This document shows, piece by piece, positions 9,673-18,724 of a stretch of DNA of 64,000 bases. Below the pieces are notes generated by a model. The model did not search any database. It was not told where the DNA came from and saw nothing but the letters and a program-made list of their open reading frames with translations. This DNA is from an uncultured Clostridium sp. Lineage in GTDB: Bacteria; Bacillota; Clostridia; TANB77; CAG-508. Location: NCBI GenBank assembly GCA_947574235.1, contig CANPIU010000002.1, forward strand, positions 4,021 to 68,020, given 5' to 3'. Position 1 is the stretch's first letter. Each line of letters opens with the position of its first letter. A program made the position numbers and the translations under genes.

Positions 9673-9705
9673 ATTTCATTTGAAATTGATATCTTTTTAT
9701 TTTGT
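9661..9705 (+). terminator. AU-rich hairpin plus T-tract (candidate attenuator) ahead of the uracil permease
   Basis: AAAAGATAT..AAATTTCA-tt-TGAAATT..ATATCTTTT then TATTTTGTCTTTT. No obvious promoter between it and the 9746 start. Confidence 0.5.
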
Positions 9706-9745
9706 CTTTTGTACCAAAATGTAAAAATAAAAGGAGGAGTTTTTA

Positions 9746-11032
9746 ATGGAACAACAAAAACTACAACTAGACGTAAACGAAAAACCACCCATAGCTAAGT
9801 GGATAATTTTAGCGATACAACACGTATTTGCTATGTTTGGTGCTACCATATTAGTACCAATTTTAGTCAATAGTGCTGCTGGAGAAACGGTCTTAACCAT
9901 ACCGGTAGCCTTAGTAACTTCAGGAATTGGAACCCTTATCTATATTCTATGTACCAAGGGAAAATCACCCGTGTATTTAGGCAGTTCCTTTGCCTTTATT
10001 GCACCCTTAGCAGCAGCCTTTCTAAAAGGAGGAGCAGCAGGAGCCATGACAGGAACAATGGTAGTAGGATTAATTTATATTATCTTTGCTATTATCGTTA
10101 AATTTATCGGAAAAAATTGGATTGACAAATTATTGCCACCAGTTATTATCGGACCTATGATAATGATTATCGGACTAGGACTAGCACCAAGTGCGATATC
10201 ACAAATCGGCTTAGGAACGGGAGCAGAAATCGATTGGAGAGGGGTGGCAGTAGCGTTAATTACCTTTCTAACAACAGCCATTGTCATGGTAAGAGGAAAA
10301 GGATTTCTTAAAATCATACCTTTCTTAATTGGAATTTTAGTCGGATACTTATCAGCTATTTGCTTTGGCTTAGTTGACTTTGGACCATTTATGGAAGCTT
10401 CTTTCTTTAGTATGCCAAACTTTATGCTACCATTTGTTAGTTACACACCAAGTTTTTCTGCTTTACTAACCATAGCACCAATTGCTTTAGTAACTATGTG
10501 TGAGCATATAGGAGACCACACCGCATTAGGTACAATCATTGGAAAAGACTTATTAAGAAATCCGGGCTTAGACAAAACTTTGTTAGGCGATGGTATTGCA
10601 ACCTTTGTAGCAGGACTTTTAGGAGGACCAGCTAATACTACTTACGGAGAAAACACTTCTGTGGTAGGTATGACAAAAATAGCATCTATTTGGGTTATTG
10701 GTCTTGCAGCTATTTTTGCTATTTGTCTAGGATTTTTAGGAAAATTTACAGCCTTAGTATCTACCATACCAAATCCAGTATTAGGAGGCGTTTCTCTATT
10801 ATTATATGGATTTATTGCAGTCAATGGACTAAAAGTATTAATTCAAAATCAAATCGACTTTGGAAAATCCAAAAATGTCGTAGTAGCCTCAACCATGTTA
10901 GTGTTAGGTTTAGGAGGAGCCGCTATCTCAATCGTATCAGGAGACTTATCTATTACCATCTCTGGTATGAGTTTAGCAGCCATCATAGGAATTCTATTGA
11001 ATTTATGCTTGCCAGCTGAAAAAGAAGAATAA
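9746..11032 (+). CDS. uraA: Uracil/xanthine permease (NCS2 family)
   Basis: 428 aa, ~12 TM segments, NCS2 motifs (..GENTSVVGMTK..). RBS AAAGGAGGAG. Followed by upp. Confidence 0.85.
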   Translation: MEQQKLQLDVNEKPPIAKWIILAIQHVFAMFGATILVPILVNSAAGETVLTIPVALVTSGIGTLIYILCTKGKSPVYLGSSFAFIAPLAAAFLKGGAAGAMTGTMVVGLIYIIFAIIVKFIGKNWIDKLLPPVIIGPMIMIIGLGLAPSAISQIGLGTGAEIDWRGVAVALITFLTTAIVMVRGKGFLKIIPFLIGILVGYLSAICFGLVDFGPFMEASFFSMPNFMLPFVSYTPSFSALLTIAPIALVTMCEHIGDHTALGTIIGKDLLRNPGLDKTLLGDGIATFVAGLLGGPANTTYGENTSVVGMTKIASIWVIGLAAIFAICLGFLGKFTALVSTIPNPVLGGVSLLLYGFIAVNGLKVLIQNQIDFGKSKNVVVASTMLVLGLGGAAISIVSGDLSITISGMSLAAIIGILLNLCLPAEKEE

Positions 11033-11091
11033 ACGTCCCCAACTAAACCCGGAAGTAAGTGGGGAAATTAAAAAAGGAAAGGAAGAGTAAA

Positions 11092-11718
11092 ATGAAAGCA
11101 ATTGTATTGAACAATCCATTAATTCAACATAAATTATCTATTGTAAGAAATAAAAAAACAGGAACCAAAGAATTTAGAGAAATCATAGGAGAAATCGCAA
11201 CCTTTTTATGTTATGAAGCCATGGCAGATGCTGTTTTAGAAGAAGTAGAGATTGAAACACCAATCTGTAAGACAAAAGCAAAAAAATTAGATGAAAACCA
11301 ATATGCTTTTGTTCCTATTTTAAGAGCAGGAACTGGTATGTTAGATGGTTTGCTAAAAGCTATGCCAAATGCTAAAATAGGTCATGTTGGCTTGTATCGT
11401 GACGAGGAAACATTAAAACCAGTTCGTTATTATTACAAAATGCCAAAAGATATTGCTAATCGTGAAGTTATCGTATTAGACCCAATGCTTGCAACAGGAG
11501 GTTCTGCAACCGATACTATTACCATGCTAAAAGAAGATGGTGTCAAGAAAATTAAATTCTTATGTATTCTTGCTGCACCAGAAGGAATTAGAAAATTAGA
11601 AGAAGAGCATCCAGACGTACAAATTTATACCGCATGTTTAGATGAAAAACTAAATGAAGTTGGTTATATTGTACCAGGCTTAGGAGATGCTGGAGATAGA
11701 ATTTTCGGAACGAAATAA
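11092..11718 (+). CDS. upp: Uracil phosphoribosyltransferase
   Basis: PRPP-binding motif [14 protein letters not shown] and C-terminal [16 protein letters not shown] 11092 chosen over the upstream GTG. Confidence 0.92.
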   Translation: MKAIVLNNPLIQHKLSIVRNKKTGTKEFREIIGEIATFLCYEAMADAVLEEVEIETPICKTKAKKLDENQYAFVPILRAGTGMLDGLLKAMPNAKIGHVGLYRDEETLKPVRYYYKMPKDIANREVIVLDPMLATGGSATDTITMLKEDGVKKIKFLCILAAPEGIRKLEEEHPDVQIYTACLDEKLNEVGYIVPGLGDAGDRIFGTK

Positions 11719-11723
11719 AGATA

Positions 11724-11760
11724 AATGTGCCAAAAAGGACTGTCCCTCTTGGCACATTTT
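11724..11760. terminator. Bidirectional hairpin terminator shared by upp and the convergent micro-ORF
   Basis: AATGTGCCAA-aaaGGACTGTCCctc-TTGGCACATT then TTT. The loop carries the GGAC-T-GTCC core of the repeat family. Confidence 0.65.
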
Positions 11761-11764
11761 AAAG

Positions 11765-11869
11765 TTATCTACAGTTGTTGTTGTTTTGTTTTTCGTTATT
11801 ATTGTTGTTTTGATTGTTTCTGTTATTATTTTGATTATTGTTTTTGTTTTCTTTATTTTTCTTTGACAT
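11765..11869 (-). CDS. 34-aa Asn-rich basic microprotein (MSKKNKENKNNNQNNNRNNQNNNNNEKQNNNNCR)
   Basis: ATG lies 6 nt after GGAGGTG. It is in a different frame from the 11680..11889 ORF-track entry. Confidence 0.4.
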   Translation of the reverse strand: MSKKNKENKNNNQNNNRNNQNNNNNEKQNNNNCR

Positions 11870-12033
11870 GAAAAGCACCTCCATTTCAAGTTTCATTATT
11901 ATTTTGACCGATATTTTTTGAAAATATACTAGGATAAAATTGTATTTTTTTTATTTTTGCTATATAATGAAGCCAAAGAACAAATGAAAACGAAGTAGAA
12001 TACTAATATAATGGAGGAAGGGATGGATGAAAG

Positions 12034-13434
12034 ATGAGTTTTGAAAATGAGAAATTAAAGGAATTTAATGAGTACATAAAATTTAGAAAAGTGGCTATCC
12101 TAGGATTAGGTGTTAGCAATTTACCCTTATTAGATACTATGTATGGAAAAAGGGCAAAGGTTACAGTTTTTGATGAAAGAGATAAAACGAAAATACCAAA
12201 AGAAATTATTAAGAAAATAGAAAATTATGGTTTTACGGCTTATTTTGGTAAAAACTGTTTGGAAAATTTAAAAGGTTTCGATATGATTTTTCGTTCACCA
12301 AGTTGCTTGCCAACCAGACCAGAACTACAACAAGAAGAAAATAGAGGAGCCATTGTTACAACGGAAATTGAAATGTTAATGAAAATGTGCCCTTGCCAAG
12401 TAATTGGCGTAACAGGAAGTGATGGAAAAACTACAACGACAAGTTTAATTCATGCTATTTTGCAAAAAGCTGGCTATCGTACTTTTTTAGGAGGAAATAT
12501 TGGAACTCCTTTATTTACCAAATTGCCAGAAATGATGCCAGAGGATATTGTAGTATTAGAACTTAGTAGTTTTCAATTAATGGGGATGGCAATTAGTCCA
12601 ACTATTTCAGTTATTACTAATATAACACCAAATCACTTAAATATTCATAAAGATTATGAGGAATATATAGAGGCTAAAAAGAACATTTTCAAATACCAAA
12701 AGGATGAGGATATCGTTGTTTTAAATTATGATAATGAAATTACGAAGAATTGTGCGAAAGAAGCCATAGGAAAAGTGGTATTTTTTAGCCATAAAGAAAA
12801 ATTGGAAAATGGTTTTATCGTTGATGGCAAAATGATAAAAGAGTGTGAAGATGGGGTTCGAAAGCACCTTTTGGATAGAAGTGAAGCGATATTACGTGGT
12901 AGTCACAATTTAGAAAATATAGCAACTGCTATGGCAGCAACAAAAACTTTAGTACCAATTGAAAAGGCAGTGGAGGCAATTAAAGAATTTAAACCAGTTG
13001 AACATAGAATTGAATTTGTGAAAGAAATAGACCAAGTAAAATGGTATAATGACTCTGCTAGTTCTTCGCCTACTAGAACGCTATCTGGTTTAAATGCTTT
13101 TGAGGAAGATATTGTTTTAATTGCTGGTGGCTATGATAAAAATTTAGATTATCATCCACTTGCCAAACCAATTGTCGATAAAGTAAAAGCTTTATTATTG
13201 ATTGGTCAAACTTCTGGCAAAATTTTTGACGTGGTAAAAGAAGAGACAGAAAAGCAGGGGAAGAATATTGATATTTATATGTGCGAGAGTTTAGCACAGA
13301 CGGTTACATTGGCTAAGAAACTAGCAACCAAAGGAAATGTAGTTTTATTTTCGCCAGCCAGTGCAAGTTTTGATATGTTTAAGGATTTTGCTGATAGAGG
13401 AAATCAGTTTAAAAGTTTAGTCAAAGCAATTTAG
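12034..13434 (+). CDS. murD: UDP-N-acetylmuramoylalanine--D-glutamate ligase
   Basis: Mur ligase P-loop GVTGSDGKTTT and conserved C-terminal domain. RBS GGAGGAAGG. Confidence 0.9.
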   Translation: MSFENEKLKEFNEYIKFRKVAILGLGVSNLPLLDTMYGKRAKVTVFDERDKTKIPKEIIKKIENYGFTAYFGKNCLENLKGFDMIFRSPSCLPTRPELQQEENRGAIVTTEIEMLMKMCPCQVIGVTGSDGKTTTTSLIHAILQKAGYRTFLGGNIGTPLFTKLPEMMPEDIVVLELSSFQLMGMAISPTISVITNITPNHLNIHKDYEEYIEAKKNIFKYQKDEDIVVLNYDNEITKNCAKEAIGKVVFFSHKEKLENGFIVDGKMIKECEDGVRKHLLDRSEAILRGSHNLENIATAMAATKTLVPIEKAVEAIKEFKPVEHRIEFVKEIDQVKWYNDSASSSPTRTLSGLNAFEEDIVLIAGGYDKNLDYHPLAKPIVDKVKALLLIGQTSGKIFDVVKEETEKQGKNIDIYMCESLAQTVTLAKKLATKGNVVLFSPASASFDMFKDFADRGNQFKSLVKAI

Positions 13435-13501
13435 TCATAATTTTAACACTTTTTTGACTTTATACATATAATAACGGTAAAGATAAAGGAGGGTTATTAA
13501 T

Positions 13502-14080
13502 ATGTATCAAGAAAGCTATGAGGACTACATAAGAAGCATTTTAGGATATCTTAATTACACGTACCAAAATCAAAACGCCGTGAATTGTAATACGATGAAC
13601 AATGGGCAAAATGAAGAGTTAGAAGCTTGCTATCCAGAGATTTATAAAGTAGTATATCCAATGGTTTGTAAGGCTTGTAATACCAATACAAGACCTGTTA
13701 CGTCAGCGCTAATTGATGAACTAACAAATGAAATTTATGTTTCAATTGAAAGCGATAATGAAATTAATGTGAATATTAATTTGACCAATGAAATTGGAAA
13801 TACAACTAATCATCGAAGTGTAGCTACGAATAAAACAACTACCAGTAAAGTAGAAAATGTAAGAGAAACCAGAGGGGAAGATAGGCAGTTTAGGAATAGA
13901 GGTTTGCAAGATTTAATTCGAATTTTATTGATTAGAGAATTGTTAGGAAGACCAGGAAATCCAGGCCATCGTCCACCAATGCCACCACCTGGAAGGCCAC
14001 CGATGAGACCACCATTTCCGCCACCAGGGGGACCAGGACCAAGACCACCGATAATGCCTCGTGATTTGTATGAAATGTAA
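13502..14080 (+). CDS. Hypothetical protein with a Pro-rich C-terminus
   Basis: 192 aa. RBS AAGGAGGG. C-terminus GRPGNPGHRPPMPPPGRPPMRPPFPPPGGPGPRPP. No domain recognised. Confidence 0.6.
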   Translation: MYQESYEDYIRSILGYLNYTYQNQNAVNCNTMNNGQNEELEACYPEIYKVVYPMVCKACNTNTRPVTSALIDELTNEIYVSIESDNEINVNINLTNEIGNTTNHRSVATNKTTTSKVENVRETRGEDRQFRNRGLQDLIRILLIRELLGRPGNPGHRPPMPPPGRPPMRPPFPPPGGPGPRPPIMPRDLYEM

Positions 14081-14089
14081 TAAATTGTT

Positions 14090-14299
14090 AAAATGGAAAG
14101 TGACCCTACTAGAAAAAATCTAGTAAGGCCACTTTCTACTATGAAAGGAGTTCACCATACACTCCTACTTCGGTTCCCATGGGACTGGGAACTCGCCAAA
14201 TGCTCGGCCTAGGGTTCGAACCTATACCTTTTAAAAAGTAGCCTCCATACCAGGCCTACCGAGCTTGCTCAATACCAACCCTATCTAGGGCGTGAACTT
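14090..14299 (-). ncRNA. Unclassified ~210-nt structured sRNA containing a tRNA-like module (14201-14264) and its own terminator
   Basis: ORF-free, GC-rich island. A consensus promoter sits immediately upstream on the minus strand. It has an acceptor-like stem GCUCGGU/GCCGAGC, a D-arm GCCU-GGUAUGG-AGGC and a T-arm with GGUUCGAACC, but only a 5-bp stem with tetraloop where the anticodon arm should be. Two further hairpins and a 17-bp terminator hairpin plus U-tract follow. Confidence 0.6.
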
Positions 14300-14304
14300 A
14301 AGTT

Positions 14305-14333
14305 ATTATAATACAACATTATGTAAAAGTCAA
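14305..14333 (-). promoter_or_regulatory. Consensus sigma-A promoter driving the sRNA
   Basis: On the minus strand: TTGACT-17 nt-TATAAT (plus-strand AGTCAA 14328-14333, ATTATA 14305-14310). Confidence 0.7.
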
Positions 14334-14435
14334 TATTTTTTTGAAAAAAATTCCAGTTTTCGATGATTTTTCACGAATATTAAATTTGAAATTTGTTAAA
14401 ACTAAATTTGAGAAAATTTGAAAGGTGGTAAAAGT

Positions 14436-14882
14436 ATGAAAGTAAAAGACTGTATGTGTAATGATGTTTGCTGTGTAAATCCAGATGCAAACTTAAATCA
14501 AGTAGCAAAATTAATGAGTGAAAAACATGTTGGTTGTATTCCTGTATGCGATGATAATAATTGTATTTGTGGAATTGTAACAGATAGAGATATACTTCTT
14601 CGTGCGGTAGCTTGTGAAAAAGATACCAAAACTTGTAAGGTAAGTGATATTATGACTTGCAATGTATGTACTTGTAGTGGGGAAGACGAAATGACAAACG
14701 CACAAAGCAAAATGTCCCAAAATCAAATTAGAAGATTACCAGTTTGTGACCAAAACAACAAAGTAATTGGTATTTTGACCTTAGGAAATTTAGCACAAAA
14801 TGAAAGAGACTTAGGAGTTCAAGAGGTATGTACAACCATAGAAGGAATTTGTAATTGCAACGAACACAAAAATGCAGAATAA
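14436..14882 (+). CDS. CBS-pair domain protein, unusually Cys-rich
   Basis: CBS signatures (GIVTDRDILLRAV, IRRLPVCD..VIGILTLGNLA). 17 Cys in 148 aa. ATG follows AAAGGTGG. Confidence 0.8.
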   Translation: MKVKDCMCNDVCCVNPDANLNQVAKLMSEKHVGCIPVCDDNNCICGIVTDRDILLRAVACEKDTKTCKVSDIMTCNVCTCSGEDEMTNAQSKMSQNQIRRLPVCDQNNKVIGILTLGNLAQNERDLGVQEVCTTIEGICNCNEHKNAE

Positions 14883-14955
14883 AATTTAATAAACGATTGA
14901 AAGGACGGATAAAATTCCGTTCTTTTACATATTAATAAAATAAGGGAGGAAAGTG

Positions 14956-16053
14956 ATGGTAATTGATTTAGCTTATTGGACAAGAGTCTTTAAAAACATA
15001 TTATATGTTGTTTTGCTGTTATTAGGCTTATATGTGGCTTTAAAATTATCTCTATTTTATATGCCATTTTTAGTAGCCTTTATCATATCTTTAATGATAG
15101 AACCAGCCATTAAATTTATTATGGCAAAAACGAAATTAACGAGAAGGAGCAGTTCTATTATTATTTTTATTGTGGTGTCTGTCATTATATTAGGAAGCTT
15201 AACTTGGATATTAATCACTTTATTTTCGGAATCTTCTAGTTTGCTACAGGGATTAAATAATTATTTTGATAAAGCTTATGTGCAACTTCAAAATTTAATG
15301 GCAAGTTTTCAGTTTGATAAAATACATGTCTCTGATGAAGTGTTAAATGTTATCCAAAATTCAACAGGAGATTTATTAGAAACAGCATCTAATTGGATGA
15401 GAAATTTATTAACGAGTTTGATTAATCTTGTAACTAGTTTGCCATCGATTGCCATTTGTGTCGGTATTTCAGTAGTAGCCTTGTACTTTATTTGTGTTGA
15501 TAAAATTTATATCTTAGACCAAGTAGAGCATCATCTTCCGAAAGTATGGGTAAGAAAAATAGGAAGGCACTTAAAAGATTTAATTCAAACTTTAGGTGGC
15601 TATTTAAAGGCAGAAGCTATGCTGATTTTAGTTTCCTTTGTAATTTCTTTGATTGGATTATATATCTTACAATTTGCAGGATTTAGGATAGAATATCCAC
15701 TCTTAATGGCCTTGTTTATTGGCTTTGTTGATGCGCTTCCAATTCTTGGTTCTGGAACAGTTATGATACCATGGGCTATTATTTGTGCCATCAATGGAGA
15801 TATTAATTTAGGAATAGCCATTATCGTATTATTAATTATCATGTCGATTGCTAGACAAATATTAGAGCCTAAATTGGTTAGCAAAAACATAGGGGTGCAT
15901 CCAATTTTTACTTTGATTGCTATGTATACAGGCTTCAAAGTGATTGGTATTATGGGCTTACTGATTGGTCCGATTGTTTTGATTATTTTTAAGAATATTT
16001 TTGCAAGTTTAATAGACCAGGGTGTTTTTAAAACGATTTTTGACAGAAAATAA
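14956..16053 (+). CDS. ytvI: AI-2E/PerM family membrane protein, YtvI-like (sporulation integral membrane protein)
   Basis: ~365 aa, multi-TM, AI-2E family C-terminal core (..FVDALPILGSG..GLLIGP..). Confidence 0.65.
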   Translation: MVIDLAYWTRVFKNILYVVLLLLGLYVALKLSLFYMPFLVAFIISLMIEPAIKFIMAKTKLTRRSSSIIIFIVVSVIILGSLTWILITLFSESSSLLQGLNNYFDKAYVQLQNLMASFQFDKIHVSDEVLNVIQNSTGDLLETASNWMRNLLTSLINLVTSLPSIAICVGISVVALYFICVDKIYILDQVEHHLPKVWVRKIGRHLKDLIQTLGGYLKAEAMLILVSFVISLIGLYILQFAGFRIEYPLLMALFIGFVDALPILGSGTVMIPWAIICAINGDINLGIAIIVLLIIMSIARQILEPKLVSKNIGVHPIFTLIAMYTGFKVIGIMGLLIGPIVLIIFKNIFASLIDQGVFKTIFDRK

Positions 16054-16114
16054 AGGGAGGTTGACAATATGTAAAGTTCTATGCTAACATATCCATAAAA
16101 GGAGGATAGGTTAG

Positions 16115-16924
16115 ATGGAAAAAATTATTGTTTTAGGAACAGGGATGGCAATTGTTGTAGATAGTTTCAATACAGCTTTTGTATTGCAAGATAGTAATCA
16201 AAAAAAACTGCTAGTAGATACAGGTGGAGGAAAAGAGATTTTAAAACAGTTGAAAAATGCTAATATAGATTTGAACGATATTCATGATATCTTTATTTCT
16301 CATAAGCATATTGACCATTTTTCTGGCTTATTATGGCTTCTTAGATTGATTTCTTATGCTATGAAAAAAGGAGAGTATGAAGGGAATTTGACAATTTATT
16401 GTCATGATGAAATGGCAATTATTATTGAAGAACAATTAAACATTTTTGTAGAAAAAGTTGCAAAGAAATTTTTAAATACAAGAATTTTTATTCAAGTAGT
16501 AAATGACCATGAAACAGTTAAAGTATTAAGTTATGATTTGGAGTTTATAGATATTCAAGCAAAAAAAGATAAACAGTATGGTTTCAAAACAACTTTAAAC
16601 AATGGAAAAACACTTGCCTTTATGGGGGATGAACCTATGGATGAGAATTTATATGATGAAGTGAAAAATGTTGATTATTTATTAACGGAAGCTTTTTGTC
16701 TAGAGACAGAAATAGATGAATTTAAGCCAAGAGAGAAAGGTCATGAAACGGTAAGAGGTGCTAGCTTAAAAGCGCAAGAAGTGCAGGCTAAAAATTTGAT
16801 TTTATGGCATACAGCGGAAAACTTAGGAAAAGAAAGAAAAGAAAAATATACACAAGAAGCAAAAGAAAATTTTACTGGAAATGTATATGTACCAGATGAG
16901 TTAGAAGTAATTGAACTAAAATAG
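16115..16924 (+). CDS. MBL-fold metallo-hydrolase
   Basis: HxHxDH motif (SHKHIDHFSG). RBS AAAGGAGGA. Confidence 0.75.
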   Translation: MEKIIVLGTGMAIVVDSFNTAFVLQDSNQKKLLVDTGGGKEILKQLKNANIDLNDIHDIFISHKHIDHFSGLLWLLRLISYAMKKGEYEGNLTIYCHDEMAIIIEEQLNIFVEKVAKKFLNTRIFIQVVNDHETVKVLSYDLEFIDIQAKKDKQYGFKTTLNNGKTLAFMGDEPMDENLYDEVKNVDYLLTEAFCLETEIDEFKPREKGHETVRGASLKAQEVQAKNLILWHTAENLGKERKEKYTQEAKENFTGNVYVPDELEVIELK

Positions 16925-16930
16925 AAAACA

Positions 16931-16970
16931 AAAATGTGCATTAGGGACGTTTCCTTTTGCACATTTTTTA
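16931..16970. terminator. Bidirectional hairpin terminator between the MBL gene and guaA
   Basis: AAAATGTGCA-ttaGGGACgTTTCCtt-TGCACATTTT, flanked by T/A tracts. Confidence 0.65.
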
Positions 16971-18506
16971 TTATTCCCACTCAATGGTTGCAGGTGGTTT
17001 TGAAGTAATATCATACACTACTCGATTAACGTGATTTACTTCATTTACGATACGAGAAGATACTTTTTCTAAGATTTCATAAGGTATTTTGCTCCAAACA
17101 CCTGTCATAAAATCTGTTGTTTCAACCGCACGTAGGGCAATGGTATAATCATAGGTTCTTTCATCTCCCATAACACCAACTGATTTTAAATTCGTAAGAA
17201 CGGCAAAGTATTGGTTAATACTTTTATGAAGTCCTGCCTTGGCAATTTCTTCTCTAAAAATGCTATCAGCATCTTTTAAAATGGTTAGTTTGTCATCGGT
17301 AATGTCTCCAATTACACGAATAGCAAGTCCAGGACCTGGGAAAGGTTGACGGTAGACTAAGTTTTCAGGTATACCTAGTTCTAGTCCTGTTTTTCGAACC
17401 TCATCTTTAAATAAATCTCTTAACGGTTCTACAATTTCTTTAAAGTCTACGTAGTCAGGAAGTCCTCCTACATTGTGATGACTTTTAATAACGGAACTTT
17501 TGCCTAAACCACTTTCAATTACGTCTGGATAGATAGTTCCTTGTACTAAAAAGTCAACGGCGCCGATTTTTTTAGCTTCTTCTTCAAAGACACGAATAAA
17601 TTCTTCTCCAATGATTTTTCTTTTTTTCTCTGGGTCTGATACACCTGCTAATTTTTCTAAAAATCTATCTTTGGCATTTACACGAATTAAGTTAATGTCA
17701 AATTGATTTCTAAAAATTTCTTCTACTTCGTCTCCTTCATTTTTACGTAAAAGTCCATGGTCAACGAAGATACAGGTTAAGTTTTTACCGATGGCTTTGG
17801 ATAGTAAAACAGCAGCAACAGAGGAATCAACACCACCAGATAGAGCACATAAGGCTTTTTTGTCTCCGATTTTTTCTTTCAATTTTTGGATACTTTCTTG
17901 GGCAAAAGAAGAGATAATCCAATCTCCTGTACAATTACATATCTTAAATAAAAAGTTTTTAATGACTTGAATTCCGTTAACAGAACTATTTACTTCTGGA
18001 TGGAATTGAATACCATATAGTTTTTTTTCTGCATTTTCCATAGCGGCATTTGGACAAGATGAGGTATGACCAATATTTTTGAAACCTTCTGGAACTATTT
18101 CGACATAGTCTGTATGACTCATTAAAAAGCCATTCGTAGTATCAAAGTCTTGGAAAAGTAGGGAACTGTTATCAATCGAAACCTCTATGGTTCCATATTC
18201 ACGTTTGTCTGGTCTTGCTACGTTTCCTCCTAAGGTAAGAGCCATTAGTTGCATACCATAGCAAATACCTAAGATGGGAATTCCAAGTTCAAAGATTTCT
18301 TTGCTACATTTTGGAGCATCTTCTCCATATACACTAGCAGGTCCTCCTGTAAAGATAATTCCTTTTGGATTTTTTTCTTTGATTTTTTCGATAGAAATGT
18401 CGTATGGTACGACTTCTGAATATACATTACATTCTCTTACTCGTCTTGCGATTAGTTGGTTGTATTGTCCACCAAAGTCTAAGATTAAAATTACTTCATT
18501 TTTCAC
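16971..18506 (-). CDS. guaA: GMP synthase (glutamine-hydrolysing)
   Basis: GATase GICYGMQ, PP-loop SGGVDSS and C-terminal dimerisation domain ending IEWE. GTG 18506 lies 7 nt after GGAGGT and is preferred over TTG 18521. Confidence 0.92.
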   Translation of the reverse strand: MKNEVILILDFGGQYNQLIARRVRECNVYSEVVPYDISIEKIKEKNPKGIIFTGGPASVYGEDAPKCSKEIFELGIPILGICYGMQLMALTLGGNVARPDKREYGTIEVSIDNSSLLFQDFDTTNGFLMSHTDYVEIVPEGFKNIGHTSSCPNAAMENAEKKLYGIQFHPEVNSSVNGIQVIKNFLFKICNCTGDWIISSFAQESIQKLKEKIGDKKALCALSGGVDSSVAAVLLSKAIGKNLTCIFVDHGLLRKNEGDEVEEIFRNQFDINLIRVNAKDRFLEKLAGVSDPEKKRKIIGEEFIRVFEEEAKKIGAVDFLVQGTIYPDVIESGLGKSSVIKSHHNVGGLPDYVDFKEIVEPLRDLFKDEVRKTGLELGIPENLVYRQPFPGPGLAIRVIGDITDDKLTILKDADSIFREEIAKAGLHKSINQYFAVLTNLKSVGVMGDERTYDYTIALRAVETTDFMTGVWSKIPYEILEKVSSRIVNEVNHVNRVVYDITSKPPATIEWE

Positions 18507-18607
18507 TTGTTTTACCTCCAAAATAAATTTGTATCATTTTATCATATTTTGGAGGAAAAGTAAAGAAATTGTTTTTTTCTATTTTGCATTGTAAAGATAA
18601 AAAACAC

Positions 18608-18636
18608 TTGACAAATATATGCTGTTAGCATATGAT
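18608..18636 (+). promoter_or_regulatory. Sigma-A promoter upstream of the pilin-like GLUG gene
   Basis: TTGACA-17 nt-TATGAT, followed by a direct repeat of CACATAGTA. Confidence 0.55.
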
Positions 18637-18724
18637 ACACATAGTATGTTAACACATAGTAAACGAATTTCGGGAATAAAATAAAAACAAAAGGAAAAAC
18701 TAAGAAAAATACAAGGAGGAAGAG

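Noticed and set aside
10690-11019. 109-aa ORF in an alternative frame of the uracil permease. Also 10075..10317 and 10642..10824 on the opposite strand.
   Set aside because: They are embedded in a well-supported transporter gene and have no initiation signals.
14090-14299. Whether the GC-rich RNA is tmRNA, SRP RNA, RNase P RNA, 6S RNA or a genuine tRNA.
   Set aside because: It lacks the SRP GGAAGCAGC-type motif, the RNase P GAGGAAAGUC core, and a tmRNA tag ORF with G3:U70. It is too short for these RNAs and 8-9 nt short of a tRNA, with no 7-nt anticodon loop. It is kept as an unclassified sRNA.
14382-14425. Four AATTTGA-like direct repeats upstream of the CBS gene.
   Set aside because: This is short AT-rich simple sequence near an RBS, with no supporting evidence for a binding site.
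15600-16067. 155-aa antisense ORF opposite the YtvI-like gene.
   Set aside because: It is a mirror-image hydrophobic ORF of a membrane gene, with no RBS or promoter.
18522-18607. Purine riboswitch upstream of guaA, and a PyrR binding loop upstream of uraA (9547-9745).
   Set aside because: Neither the purine-riboswitch conserved core nor the PyrR UCCAGAGAGG-type loop is present.
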